Origin: an uncultured Candidatus Sumerlaeota bacterium
Lineage (GTDB): Bacteria > Sumerlaeota > Sumerlaeia > SLMS01
Direction: 5' to 3'
DNA length: 64,000 nucleotides
NCBI GenBank assembly: GCA_964346275.1
Contig: CAYFUR010000002.1
Span: 36,929-100,928, forward strand
The notes below the pieces were generated by a model. That model saw nothing but the letters and a program-made list of their open reading frames with translations, had not been told where the DNA came from and did not search any database. This document shows positions 35,572 through 44,723 of the stretch, in pieces. Position 1 is the stretch's first letter. Each line of letters begins with the position of its first letter. Both the position numbers and the translations under genes were made by a program.

Positions 35572-35987
35572 TGCCCCTGCGACTCGCCGCTTATTCCTGT
35601 TTCACTTGTGCGGCCCTGGCTTTTGCTGGCTGTGTCGCGACGAAAACCGTCGTGGAAGGTCCGGTGCAGCCTCCCGAGCCGCGAGGAGAGCAGGGATCGG
35701 CGGTCACCGATCTTCTGGACAGCGGGCAGCAGATAACGAATCCTACGATCCACGACATGACAAAGGCGTGGGAGTTTGTGGAGGTGGAGGAAAAGCAAGC
35801 CGTCTTTCGGAACCTGGACACGATGGAAGTCTTTCGGCTGCGTCCTGGGGAAGAGCGCACCGCGGCCCATCGTGGCGTGACCCGAACCATTCGCCTGAAC
35901 GCCGTTGATCGAGAGGCGCCCTATGCCGTGCTTTCCATGGAAAGCGAAGAGGGCCGGGAAGACCGATTAATCCGGCCGCCTTTTTAA
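35571..35987 (+). CDS. Small lipoprotein occupying the position where pilMNOP-type operons carry the secretin
   Basis: MPLRLAAYSCFTCAALAFAGCVAT has a lipobox FAGC. 138 aa. TGATG overlap with the preceding gene. No recognisable family. Confidence 0.6.
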   Translation: MPLRLAAYSCFTCAALAFAGCVATKTVVEGPVQPPEPRGEQGSAVTDLLDSGQQITNPTIHDMTKAWEFVEVEEKQAVFRNLDTMEVFRLRPGEERTAAHRGVTRTIRLNAVDREAPYAVLSMESEEGREDRLIRPPF

Positions 35988-36004
35988 CAAGCGAAAGCTC
36001 TCTT

Positions 36005-37234
36005 TTAATGCGTCGGCATCTGCTTTGGGGCGCCAACTTTGGCGTGGCTTCGCAGTTCGTCCCAGATCTTCTGCATCTCCCGATCATGTTTATTAATGAG
36101 CAGCGCCTGCTTGCAAAATGTCATTGCGGCGGCGGTATCTCCCTGGCGCCGATAAGCGTCCACGATGAGCACAAAGATTTCGTAGCACAAATCGGGGATG
36201 ACATCCTTTGTTGGCGAAGCAATGAAGCGGAGAACGTCTCCCTCGAATTTCGCTTTCTTCGCGTCGTGTGCGACGACTTGCTGGCCGATTGCGATGCACT
36301 TGCGCAAATCTTCGAGGATATAGCGTAACAGGTCCAACGGCAGGCGCGACCGGACCCCCAACTTCATAACGTCCACAAGGAAGCCGAAATCGCGGGGCTC
36401 GATCCAGTTGCGGCGCATATATTCGTGATTGTTGATGCGATACTTGTAATCGAGAAGCGCCATACAATGAGTGGTCCAGAGATGATAGACAGTCTTCACG
36501 TGCCGGTAAAGCCGCGCGGTGCGTATGTCGCCCGATTCGCTGAGATGGCAGATATCAGGGATGCGTTTCGCCAGGACGGCGGCGATTTCCTCGCACTCGT
36601 AGAGCATGTTGAAGGGAGGCTTTCCCTTCTCCCGGTCTGATTCACTCGCGAGGAGAACAATATTCGCGGCTGCCTCCAGGATGTCCTGATCGATAGGATG
36701 GTTGAGAAGGAATTCGAAGAGAATATGATAGGCGTCGTGGAAATGGCTTTCGGATGCGTATTTGCGTGAAAGTTGAAGAGCATCCTGGAGGGTATCCGCC
36801 TTTTCCAGGCTATTGAGACGTTCGCGGGCTTCTTCCGAGGGCCGGACGACATGGATATCTCGAGAGAATTGGGGCTTGGGGCGGGACTTTGAATCCGAGG
36901 CGGGGAGATTGGGAGAAGGAGTCGGGTTTGTCTGGGAGGAAGGCGGGCCGGGGGGCCTTGCCTTTCGATTCTGCTGCTCCAGCAGAATTCTCAGCCGCTC
37001 GACGCCCGCGATGGAAAGGAGGCGCACCGTTTCCCGGAACTCTTTTATGTCCGGGTGCTCTTCTCCAATGTCTTCGGGATGAAGTCCACACAGAAAAATC
37101 CCAAAGAACCCCCGGTCACTCAACACGCGGTGATGAGGCTGGTCAACTCCGAGGACCTTCAAGAATTCGAGACAGCGGTGTTCTTCTTCTGGAGTCAGTT
37201 CCTTGCGTGTCGGCATAAACATCCCCCCGGACAT
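36005..37234 (-). CDS. Hypothetical cytoplasmic protein, 409 aa, no recognised domain
   Basis: Long ORF with protein-like composition: an N-terminal ~90-aa domain, a Pro/Ser-rich linker PPGPPSSQTNPTPSPNLP, and an alpha-helical C-terminal ~270 aa ending in a TPR-like helix pair. No signal peptide. Confidence 0.65.
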   Translation of the reverse strand: MSGGMFMPTRKELTPEEEHRCLEFLKVLGVDQPHHRVLSDRGFFGIFLCGLHPEDIGEEHPDIKEFRETVRLLSIAGVERLRILLEQQNRKARPPGPPSSQTNPTPSPNLPASDSKSRPKPQFSRDIHVVRPSEEARERLNSLEKADTLQDALQLSRKYASESHFHDAYHILFEFLLNHPIDQDILEAAANIVLLASESDREKGKPPFNMLYECEEIAAVLAKRIPDICHLSESGDIRTARLYRHVKTVYHLWTTHCMALLDYKYRINNHEYMRRNWIEPRDFGFLVDVMKLGVRSRLPLDLLRYILEDLRKCIAIGQQVVAHDAKKAKFEGDVLRFIASPTKDVIPDLCYEIFVLIVDAYRRQGDTAAAMTFCKQALLINKHDREMQKIWDELRSHAKVGAPKQMPTH

Positions 37235-37359
37235 TCAGGAAATCATAAATCTTTCTTTGGCGTCAGAAGACGCTTCCGGGGGGCGGACTGTCAAGGAAAG
37301 CAGGATGGAACAGGAAAGGGTCTGTCCGGGATACCCCTTATGCCACAACAAAATGCACC

Positions 37360-39045
37360 TTAGTGGGCCGATTTTGTGAGGGCCAGCATCTCGGTGGGAC
37401 TTTCGGCCTTCATCATATCCTCGACGGCGCGTTCGTCGCGGGCGATTTTCGCTATTCCGGAAAGGATCTCGAGTTGGCTTTCCGGCTGATCCGGTGGAGT
37501 CAGAATCAGGAAAATCACCCGGGCGCGGAGTCCGTCTGGAGCATCAAAATCGACTCCTTCCGGAGAGAGCCCCACAGCGATCAGGGGCTTCGAGAGGCCA
37601 TCGATCCGGGCATGGGGGATCGCCACGCGGTTTGGAAGGCCGGTGGGCATGGAGAGTTCCCGATTCCAGACCTCCTGGATGATCTTTTCGGCAGGAACGC
37701 CGGAGGACTTTGACAAAGTTTCCGCCAGTTCGGCGATGGCATGCTGCCTCTCTTCCGCGCGCAGGGGACGGACAAAATGTTTGGAACTCAGGAAATCGGC
37801 AAAGTGGACGGGGCGGCGGCGCCGGAGAATGCGCTGCATGAGCGTGCCGCTGAACATGGATGTGACCAGGGCCATGATGACAAGGGCGACAAAGAGCGAA
37901 TCGTCGATCAGGCCATACTGGAGCGCCAGCAGGCCGAGGATGATTTCCATCGCGCCGCGGGCGTTCTTGGCAAAGCCGAGGGCCCAGTATTCCCGCTTGG
38001 ACAGGCCGCTGAGCCAGCCTCCCAGGACGCAGCCGAGCACTTTGCCGACCGTGGCGATGACCAGGACAATCACGACGGCCACCAGATCGAACCCCGCGAT
38101 GAAATCGACTTTGAGCCCGATGGATGCAAAGAAAAGCGGTGCGAAAATGAAGGAGATGAATTCGTCAAGGGTGTGGCGGGTCCGCTCGCGAAGATAGCGG
38201 GAATCGCCAAGTGCAACGCCGAAAATAAAGGCGCCGAAAATTGCATGGATTCCGATCCACTCGGTGAGCGCGGCACAGAGCAGCGCGCCGACCAGAGCGA
38301 AGCCGAGCACGCCCCCGGGCCAGGACGTATGGGCCTGGAGGAAGGGCAGGATACGATGGATCAACCAGCGGCCCAGGGTGAGGGCCACCAAAACGAAAAC
38401 CAGGGTCAGGAAAATGATCATCCCCAGGCTGAAAGTGGCTTTGCCGACCCCCATCATGCCGAGGACCACGGCGAAAATCATCCAGCCGATGAGATCGTTG
38501 ATGGTGGCAGAAGCCACGACCAGCACACCCAGGTGGGTCTGCATCAGATTGAGGTCTTTCAGAATCTTGGCGATGACGGGGAGGGCCGAAATCGCCAGGG
38601 CCGTGGAGAAGAAAAGCGTAAAGACGATATCGCCGGTTTCAATCTCCCTGGTAAGAAGGCCGGGAAGGAACCAGGCAAAGAGAAATCCGAGGCCGAAGGG
38701 AACCGCCATCCCGAAAAAGGTGATAGAAAGGGCCGTTTTTCCCTGGCGGACAGCAGAGGACAAATCCACCTCGAGGCCAGCGACGAGCAAGAAGAGGGAA
38801 ATGGCCAAGGCGAAGAAAGCTTCGAGAGCAAGGGCGACGGTCCCCGAGGAGGGGAAAAGGGCGGCTTGAGCTTCCGGAGCCAGGCGGCCCAAGAGAGTTG
38901 GACCGAGAAGAACGCCGGCGAGGATTTCTCCAAGAACGGAAGGCTGTCCAACGAGACGGGCAAGTTCTCCGAGAAAACGGGCCACTGCGAGGAGAACAGC
39001 CAGAGCGAGGAGAAAAAGGGTGATTTCCTGGGGAGTCAGAATCAT
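37360..39045 (-). CDS. Cation:proton antiporter (CPA2/Kef-NapA type) fused to a C-terminal PTS EIIA type-2 (EIIA-Ntr-like) domain
   Basis: N-terminal ~400 aa is a 12-13 TM Na_H_Exchanger-like domain (LGEILAGVLLGPTLLG). The C-terminal ~150 aa has VWNRELSMPTGLPNRVAIPHARIDGL, an EIIA-2 signature whose phosphorylatable His codon is at 37612-37614, plus VIFLILTP. Confidence 0.8.
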   Translation of the reverse strand: MILTPQEITLFLLALAVLLAVARFLGELARLVGQPSVLGEILAGVLLGPTLLGRLAPEAQAALFPSSGTVALALEAFFALAISLFLLVAGLEVDLSSAVRQGKTALSITFFGMAVPFGLGFLFAWFLPGLLTREIETGDIVFTLFFSTALAISALPVIAKILKDLNLMQTHLGVLVVASATINDLIGWMIFAVVLGMMGVGKATFSLGMIIFLTLVFVLVALTLGRWLIHRILPFLQAHTSWPGGVLGFALVGALLCAALTEWIGIHAIFGAFIFGVALGDSRYLRERTRHTLDEFISFIFAPLFFASIGLKVDFIAGFDLVAVVIVLVIATVGKVLGCVLGGWLSGLSKREYWALGFAKNARGAMEIILGLLALQYGLIDDSLFVALVIMALVTSMFSGTLMQRILRRRRPVHFADFLSSKHFVRPLRAEERQHAIAELAETLSKSSGVPAEKIIQEVWNRELSMPTGLPNRVAIPHARIDGLSKPLIAVGLSPEGVDFDAPDGLRARVIFLILTPPDQPESQLEILSGIAKIARDERAVEDMMKAESPTEMLALTKSAH

Positions 39046-39292
39046 GGCCTTGGTGCGTCTCTTTTAGAGATGAGACCTGTTTCAAATTGAGAGAATCCCG
39101 GCTCCGACAAAACGGAAAAAAATGTTAGCAAAAGCTGGGGACGCTTGCCAATGGCGGATAAGAGCCAAAGTCCGAAGTGATCACGGCAAGTGGTTCAAAA
39201 CTCGCTTCCCTCGTCTAGACAATAAGAATTTCCGTTTAAAAATCGGGGAAAAAATCTTTATCTCAGAGAGAACAAGCAGGAGTTGAAAGGCC

Positions 39293-40156
39293 ATGACCAA
39301 ATCCATCATGCAGGATCCGGAAACGGATCATCAAACGGTTGCAGAGGAAGAGATCACATTTGAAGCGCCCACCCCAGGCTTTGAGGAGCAATCAATTGAT
39401 CTGATTGCTGTTCTTCTCAACCTTTCCGACATTACCGCGGAAGGCTACACGATTCTTAAGAAGAGAGAGACGCGAATCGGGCGGGATTCTTCCTGCGAAA
39501 TCGCGATCGACGACGCTCGGGTTTCCCGCCGCCATGCGAACCTCATTTTGGATCCTCCCCTCAAACGGGGAGAGAAACCCACCGTGACCTTGGTGGACAA
39601 TAACAGCATGAACGGCGTATTTGTGAACGGCGAGGATGTCGAAGGGCAGCGCATGCTTCGCGATGGCGACCGGGTCCACATTGGCGGGACGGAATTCGGG
39701 TTTTTTATCCGGACGCGAATAGAGGTCAGCCTGGAAGCGCGGCATCGGGCGCTCTTGCGCGAACGCGGCTATGTTCCAGCGGACGCGCGGGTGCCCGTGG
39801 AGTTTTCCGTTACTATCGGCGTCCTTTTCCCCGAAGACACGTTCAGTCCCAAACGAATTCCGGCAACAATTCGCGATATCAGCCGAAAGGGAGCGCGGCT
39901 GTCCACCGGGGAAATCACCCGTGACCTTTATGCAAAGATGATGCGGACCAAGCGGTATGTGCGGGTTGAGGCGAATGTGCCTGGCAATGATCAGCGCGTT
40001 CTGCTCCGGGGCCAGGTTGTCTGGATGCACTACGACGAGAAGGATTCGGAAATTCCGACCTGTTCCATGGGCGTGTGCTTCGATCCTGAGGACAAGCAAT
40101 CGCGCTGTCTCGTCGATTACCTGACGGTGCGCTATCCTTCGGAGAAAGAAGGGTGA
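39293..40156 (+). CDS. FHA domain - PilZ domain protein
   Basis: FHA: ETRIGRDSSCEIAIDDARVSRRHANL...VDNNSMNGVFVNGEDV...GDRVHIG. PilZ: VPVEFSV..., DISRKG (DxSxxG, 39875-39892), ...GQVVWMHYD...MGVCF. The usual RxxxR just before the first strand reads PADAR (39776-39790). Confidence 0.8.
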   Translation: MTKSIMQDPETDHQTVAEEEITFEAPTPGFEEQSIDLIAVLLNLSDITAEGYTILKKRETRIGRDSSCEIAIDDARVSRRHANLILDPPLKRGEKPTVTLVDNNSMNGVFVNGEDVEGQRMLRDGDRVHIGGTEFGFFIRTRIEVSLEARHRALLRERGYVPADARVPVEFSVTIGVLFPEDTFSPKRIPATIRDISRKGARLSTGEITRDLYAKMMRTKRYVRVEANVPGNDQRVLLRGQVVWMHYDEKDSEIPTCSMGVCFDPEDKQSRCLVDYLTVRYPSEKEG

Positions 40157-40199
40157 CCCGCTTTTTCGGAAGTTTCCACTTTTGAGTGGACCCCACGGT

Positions 40200-40239
40200 G
40201 CCCGCCGGTTTTCTCCGGCGGGCTTCCTTTTGAGTTTTT
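40200..40239 (+). terminator. Rho-independent terminator after the FHA-PilZ gene
   Basis: Perfect 9-bp stem GCCCGCCGG-ttttct-CCGGCGGGC followed by TTCCTTTTGAGTTTTT. Confidence 0.8.
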
Positions 40240-40347
40240 GAAGCGCAAAAAACGAAAAAAGGATTCACGCGGAGGAATGATTTGGTGAGAATTTGTTGCC
40301 GTTGGAGAAAATGGATTCTTTCCAAAGGAATGCCTGCGGAGACAAAT

Positions 40348-41133
40348 ATGCGAGCGGTCTGGCTGATAGCGCGAAGCGTGCTCATTGAGGCGGTTCGGCG
40401 AAAAGAAATCTATGTGATTGTCCTGCTTTCGACGCTGTTCATCGGGGCGGTGATGACCATCGACTTTTTCGACGTGGAGGGCTTGACTCGCTTTTACCGG
40501 GAAGTGGCGCTGAAGATCATGAGCATCGCGGCCGCACTCACGGTGGTTGTGCTCGCCGCGCGCCAGCTTCCCCGCGAATTCGAAACACGCACGATTTACC
40601 CGATGCTGGCGAAGCCGGTCAGCAGGGCGACGTTCCTGCTCGGGAAACTGGCGGGAGTGATGTGCGCCGCCATTTTTACCTTTACCCTTTTCATGAGCGT
40701 CTTCCTGCTCGGCAATCTTTATCTCCATGGTTCTCTCGCGAATTTCCCCTGGGTGCTTTTTCTCCAATACGTCTATCTCCAGCTTTTGATGATGCTGGTT
40801 CTGGCGACGCTCAGTTTCTGGCTTTCCATGCTTCTCAACCTGGACGCGGCGATCACCATCGGGATTGTGCTCTATTCGCTGGCGTCCACCATGATGTCCA
40901 TGTTCACCTTCCTTTTCGACGTTGTCGACCCTCTGGTCAAAAGAGTGCTCATCGTCTTGCTTTATATCATTCCGCAACTGACGCTCTTTGATTTGAGCGA
41001 GAAGGCGACGCATGCGGAGATCTACGATCCCGTCAGTTTGGGAATCATGGGCCAGCTTACCGCCTACGCACTGGTCTTCTCTGGCATCTATTTCGGCTTC
41101 GCTATGATCTGCTTCCGGCGGAGGGCGATATGA
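40348..41133 (+). CDS. ABC-2 type transporter permease-like membrane protein (paralogue 1)
   Basis: 6 TM. Conserved loop EFETRTIYPMLAKPVSRATFLLGK. GGAGA lies 5 nt before ATG 40348. The track start at 40282 is less likely. Confidence 0.75.
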   Translation: MRAVWLIARSVLIEAVRRKEIYVIVLLSTLFIGAVMTIDFFDVEGLTRFYREVALKIMSIAAALTVVVLAARQLPREFETRTIYPMLAKPVSRATFLLGKLAGVMCAAIFTFTLFMSVFLLGNLYLHGSLANFPWVLFLQYVYLQLLMMLVLATLSFWLSMLLNLDAAITIGIVLYSLASTMMSMFTFLFDVVDPLVKRVLIVLLYIIPQLTLFDLSEKATHAEIYDPVSLGIMGQLTAYALVFSGIYFGFAMICFRRRAI

Positions 41134-41924
41134 GCAAGCTGCGTGAAACAAGAGCCAGCCGCGCCCTTTTCCTGATTGGCCGTTCGGTGATGCTCCAGCT
41201 CATTCGGCGCCAGGAATTCTACGTCCTGTTTATCCTGATGGGACTTTTCCTGGTCGGCGTGATGTCCGTCTCCGTTGTTGGCATCGAGGAGGCCGCCACG
41301 GCGACGTTTCTCCTCAACCTGGGCATGTCTGTGGCCTACTATGCCGCGCTGGTTTTGACGGTGATTCTTTCGGCGCGGCAAATTCCCGATGAAATCGAAA
41401 AGCGAACGCTCTATCCACTTCTGGCGAAGCCCGTGGACCGGGCGACGCTTTACCTGGGCAAGTGGCTCGCCTGTAGCGTCAGCGGGATGGGCGTCTATAT
41501 CATCCTCTTTCTCATGGGCTGGCTCGCGGTGCCGAAGATGGAGGATCACAGCGAAGTCCTGCTCACCCAGACTCTTCTGCTCCAACTCCTCTCGATTACC
41601 ATGCTGTCGGGGCTCGGGCTTCTTTTGTCTCTTCTGGTTCCGCGAGGTATCAACATTGTCATTCTTCTGCTCTGGGCAGGCTTCGGAAGCAAATTCATCG
41701 GCCTGTCACGGGCCAAAGCAGCAGGAAGCCTGGTCGAAGACATCGTCCGCTGGATCACGGCCTACGTGCCGGATTTCAGCAAGTTCAATCTGGCGACGCG
41801 CTATACAGACGGCGTCGCGCCCCTCGGTGCAGGCGAGTTCGCCGTGCTGTTTGCCTATGGTCTCTTTCTCACTCTCTGGTGTCTTTTGCCCGGCATCCTG
41901 CTATTTCGCCGCCAGAGGCTCTAA
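41130..41924 (+). CDS. ABC-2 type transporter permease-like membrane protein (paralogue 2)
   Basis: Same architecture and loop EIEKRTLYPLLAKPVDRATLYLGK. ATGA overlap with paralogue 1. Confidence 0.75.
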   Translation: MSKLRETRASRALFLIGRSVMLQLIRRQEFYVLFILMGLFLVGVMSVSVVGIEEAATATFLLNLGMSVAYYAALVLTVILSARQIPDEIEKRTLYPLLAKPVDRATLYLGKWLACSVSGMGVYIILFLMGWLAVPKMEDHSEVLLTQTLLLQLLSITMLSGLGLLLSLLVPRGINIVILLLWAGFGSKFIGLSRAKAAGSLVEDIVRWITAYVPDFSKFNLATRYTDGVAPLGAGEFAVLFAYGLFLTLWCLLPGILLFRRQRL

Positions 41925-41942
41925 TCACGGAGGTATCAAACT

Positions 41943-42950
41943 ATGCCGCTTTCCGATCAATCAGTCCGCCGACTGGCCTTTGCCGGGCTCGTCGTATTCT
42001 TGGCGAGCCCTCTGGTGTCGCTGAATCTCCGTCCAAACCAGTACGAAGGAGGGCGTTCCCAGGATCCGCTGGCGCGAGCCCAGCGGAATACCAGCGCCAT
42101 CGGGGCGATCCTCGGCGAGGTGCGCACAACGATGGCGGATATGCTGTTTCTGAAGACGGAACGCTATCTCCATGGTGGCGTTGCTTATCGTCCCCACATG
42201 GAAGACGAGTTGATGTCGGTTACCCGGACTGCGGAGGGTCTGGAAGAAGAACTGTCCCACAGCGAAGAGCACGAGCATGAGCAGAATGAGGGACACGGCT
42301 GGGATTCCGATCACCAGGCGGATATGCTGATGATTCCAACGGCACAAAATGATCCAAGGGGGATTATCGGAAACTGGCACCGGGAGGTCAAGCCGTGGCG
42401 CGATCCCAGTCTCCCCCACTTCCACACAGATGGGACAGAACTTTTGCCATGGTATCGGCTGATGACGCTCAGCGATCCGTACAATATACGCGCCTATGCC
42501 CTTGGTTCCTGGTGGCTCAAAAGTAAGAATCCCGAGCAAGCGGTGGAGTTTATTGAAGAAGGGATCGGGAACAATCCGCGTGCTTTCCAGCTCTATACAA
42601 TGAAAGGGCAGATTCTGCTGGATCAGGCGCGAAGTATCGAATGGGGAGAGGCAGAAGGAAGCGCCGCGGAATCGCGGGAGCTCATGAGTGCTGCAAGCCG
42701 GGCCTTGACCAGAGCGGCGGAGCTTGTGCTGGAACAGCGTCCTCCTAACGGCCCGGAGAATCCGGGATGGACGGATTATCAGGAAGACGACGCCCAGGCC
42801 GCCCTGCGCCTCGCCGCATTAACGAAAGAACGCGCAGGAGAGCTGGAGGAGGCGCGCAAATGGGCTCGCCTGTATATCCAGATTTTCAACGTTCAGGGCC
42901 GGACGACGCCCGGGATCGAGAGGCTCGCCGGGGACGATAGGCGGGAGTAG
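41943..42950 (+). CDS. Signal-anchored helical-repeat (TPR-like) protein with His/acid-rich segment
   Basis: N-terminal anchor LAFAGLVVFLASPLV. HSEEHEHEQNEGHGWDSDHQ stretch. C-terminal helical repeats (NPEQAVEFIEEGIGNNPRAFQLYTMKGQILL). GGAGG RBS. Confidence 0.6.
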   Translation: MPLSDQSVRRLAFAGLVVFLASPLVSLNLRPNQYEGGRSQDPLARAQRNTSAIGAILGEVRTTMADMLFLKTERYLHGGVAYRPHMEDELMSVTRTAEGLEEELSHSEEHEHEQNEGHGWDSDHQADMLMIPTAQNDPRGIIGNWHREVKPWRDPSLPHFHTDGTELLPWYRLMTLSDPYNIRAYALGSWWLKSKNPEQAVEFIEEGIGNNPRAFQLYTMKGQILLDQARSIEWGEAEGSAAESRELMSAASRALTRAAELVLEQRPPNGPENPGWTDYQEDDAQAALRLAALTKERAGELEEARKWARLYIQIFNVQGRTTPGIERLAGDDRRE

Positions 42951-44723
42951 TTACTGGGCGGCGTTCTCGCCGAGTTCGCGCTTCAGCACCTCGTCCTTGT
43001 CCAGCTTGGTGATGAGCGGCTGGGGCTGGCGGAGAGGCTGGCCTGGAGCAATTTCAATCGGCTCCCAACGACCGACCGAGCCGTCGTGGTCGTAGCGCAA
43101 GGCCAGGTGCTCCCCCCGTTCATCCTCCACCGTCTCGACAAACTGGCGGCCGTAAAGCTGGCCATCGTAACCCAGGATTTCGAAGACTCTTTGGGAAGTC
43201 CATGGCAGGATTGGCTCCCAGAGGATATTGAGCCAGGCGATGGCCTGGAGCGCCGTATAGACGATCGTTCCCGCGCGTTCGGGATCCGTCTTGATGACGC
43301 GGAAGGGCTCCTCGCGCGTGATATACTGATTTGCGAGGTCCGAAAGGCGGCGGACTTCCTGGGAAGCGGCCTTCAGTTTCACGCCTTCGTAGAGCCGGCC
43401 AACGTTTTCAAAGCCGGCGCGCACTTCATCAAGCAGCGCTTTGTCCGCCTCGGAATACTCGCCCGGCGCGGGCACTTTCTGATCAAAGCGCTTCCAGCAA
43501 AAGCTGGCGATGCGATTGACGAGGTTGCCCCAGGAGGCGAGCAATTCGTTATTCACACGATCAACAAAGTCATCCCATGTGAAATCAACATCGGCCGTTT
43601 CCGGCGCCGTCGCCGTCAGCGCGTAACGCCAGGCATCAGGCTGATAGCGCTCAAGGACATCGTTGATCCCGATCATATTGCCTCGGGATTTGCTGAACTT
43701 GCGGCCCTTCATGTTGAGATATTCGTTTGCAGGGACGTCATGGGGGAGCTTCACGCCGCCATAGGCACAGAGCATCGCCGGCCAGATAATCGTATGGAAG
43801 GGGATGTTGTCTTTACCGATGAAGTAATAGCTATACGCTTCTGTATGGGCGGAAGAGTCCCACCAGTCGCGCCAGGCTTCGGGGGTTCCCTGAACGTGGG
43901 CCCATTCCTTGGAGGCTGAGAAGTAACCGATGACCGCGTCATACCAAACATAGATGCGCTTTTTCTCGAAGCCTTCCACGGGGATCGTGACGCCCCAGGA
44001 AATATCGCGCGTAATAGGCCGGCCGCGGAGTTTGCGTTCCTCCAATTGGGCTTTTGTCGCGTTCAGCACATGGGCCCGCCAGTGTTCTTTTCCCTCGCCG
44101 ATCCATTCGAGGAGCGGTTCGTTAAGTTTACCGAGGTCGAGAAAGAAGTGCTCGGTTTCGCGTGCTTCCAGCTCGGTGGAGCCGGTGATTTTCGAGCGCG
44201 GATTCTTGAGATCGATGGCGTCGTAGGTCGCTCCGCAGCTGTCGCACTGGTCGCCGCGGGCTCCGTCATAGCCGCAGTTGGGGCATTCGCCCTCCACATA
44301 GCGGTCGGGCAGAAAGCGGCCCGCTTTCGCGTCGTATATTTGCTGCTGCTTGTCCTTGTAGATATACCCCTTTTCGAGATGGCTGAGGAAAAGCTCGTGG
44401 GTGGTCTGCCAGTGAGTCTGGGTGTCGGTGTGGGTGAAGAGATCAAAGGTGAGGCCCAGGGCCAGATAGCTGTCGATAAAGCGGGGATGAAACCGTTCGA
44501 CGATCTCACCGGGAGTCACGCCCTCTTCATCAGCCCGAACGGTGATCGGCGTGCCATGGGTATCCGAACCGCTCACCATCAGGACGCGATTGCCTTTCAT
44601 GCGATGATAGCGGGCGAAGATATCGGGAGGCAAATAAGCCCCGGCGATATGGCCGATGTGTTGTTCGCCGTTGGCGTAGGGCCAGGCAACACCGATAAAG
44701 ATATGGCGGGGTTGATCTGTCAT
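42951..44723 (-). CDS. metG: Methionyl-tRNA synthetase
   Basis: HIGH motif [14 protein letters not shown], zinc knuckle [23 protein letters not shown] variant KFSKSRG. Confidence 0.95.
   Translation of the reverse strand: MTDQPRHIFIGVAWPYANGEQHIGHIAGAYLPPDIFARYHRMKGNRVLMVSGSDTHGTPITVRADEEGVTPGEIVERFHPRFIDSYLALGLTFDLFTHTDTQTHWQTTHELFLSHLEKGYIYKDKQQQIYDAKAGRFLPDRYVEGECPNCGYDGARGDQCDSCGATYDAIDLKNPRSKITGSTELEARETEHFFLDLGKLNEPLLEWIGEGKEHWRAHVLNATKAQLEERKLRGRPITRDISWGVTIPVEGFEKKRIYVWYDAVIGYFSASKEWAHVQGTPEAWRDWWDSSAHTEAYSYYFIGKDNIPFHTIIWPAMLCAYGGVKLPHDVPANEYLNMKGRKFSKSRGNMIGINDVLERYQPDAWRYALTATAPETADVDFTWDDFVDRVNNELLASWGNLVNRIASFCWKRFDQKVPAPGEYSEADKALLDEVRAGFENVGRLYEGVKLKAASQEVRRLSDLANQYITREEPFRVIKTDPERAGTIVYTALQAIAWLNILWEPILPWTSQRVFEILGYDGQLYGRQFVETVEDERGEHLALRYDHDGSVGRWEPIEIAPGQPLRQPQPLITKLDKDEVLKRELGENAAQ

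Noticed and set aside
39046-39292. AT-rich 247-bp region upstream of the PilZ gene, examined for a c-di-GMP (GEMM) riboswitch.
   Set aside because: There is only a 6-bp stem (CTTGCC/GGCAAG) around a 36-nt loop. None of the conserved GEMM-I or GEMM-II sequence blocks could be matched by eye.
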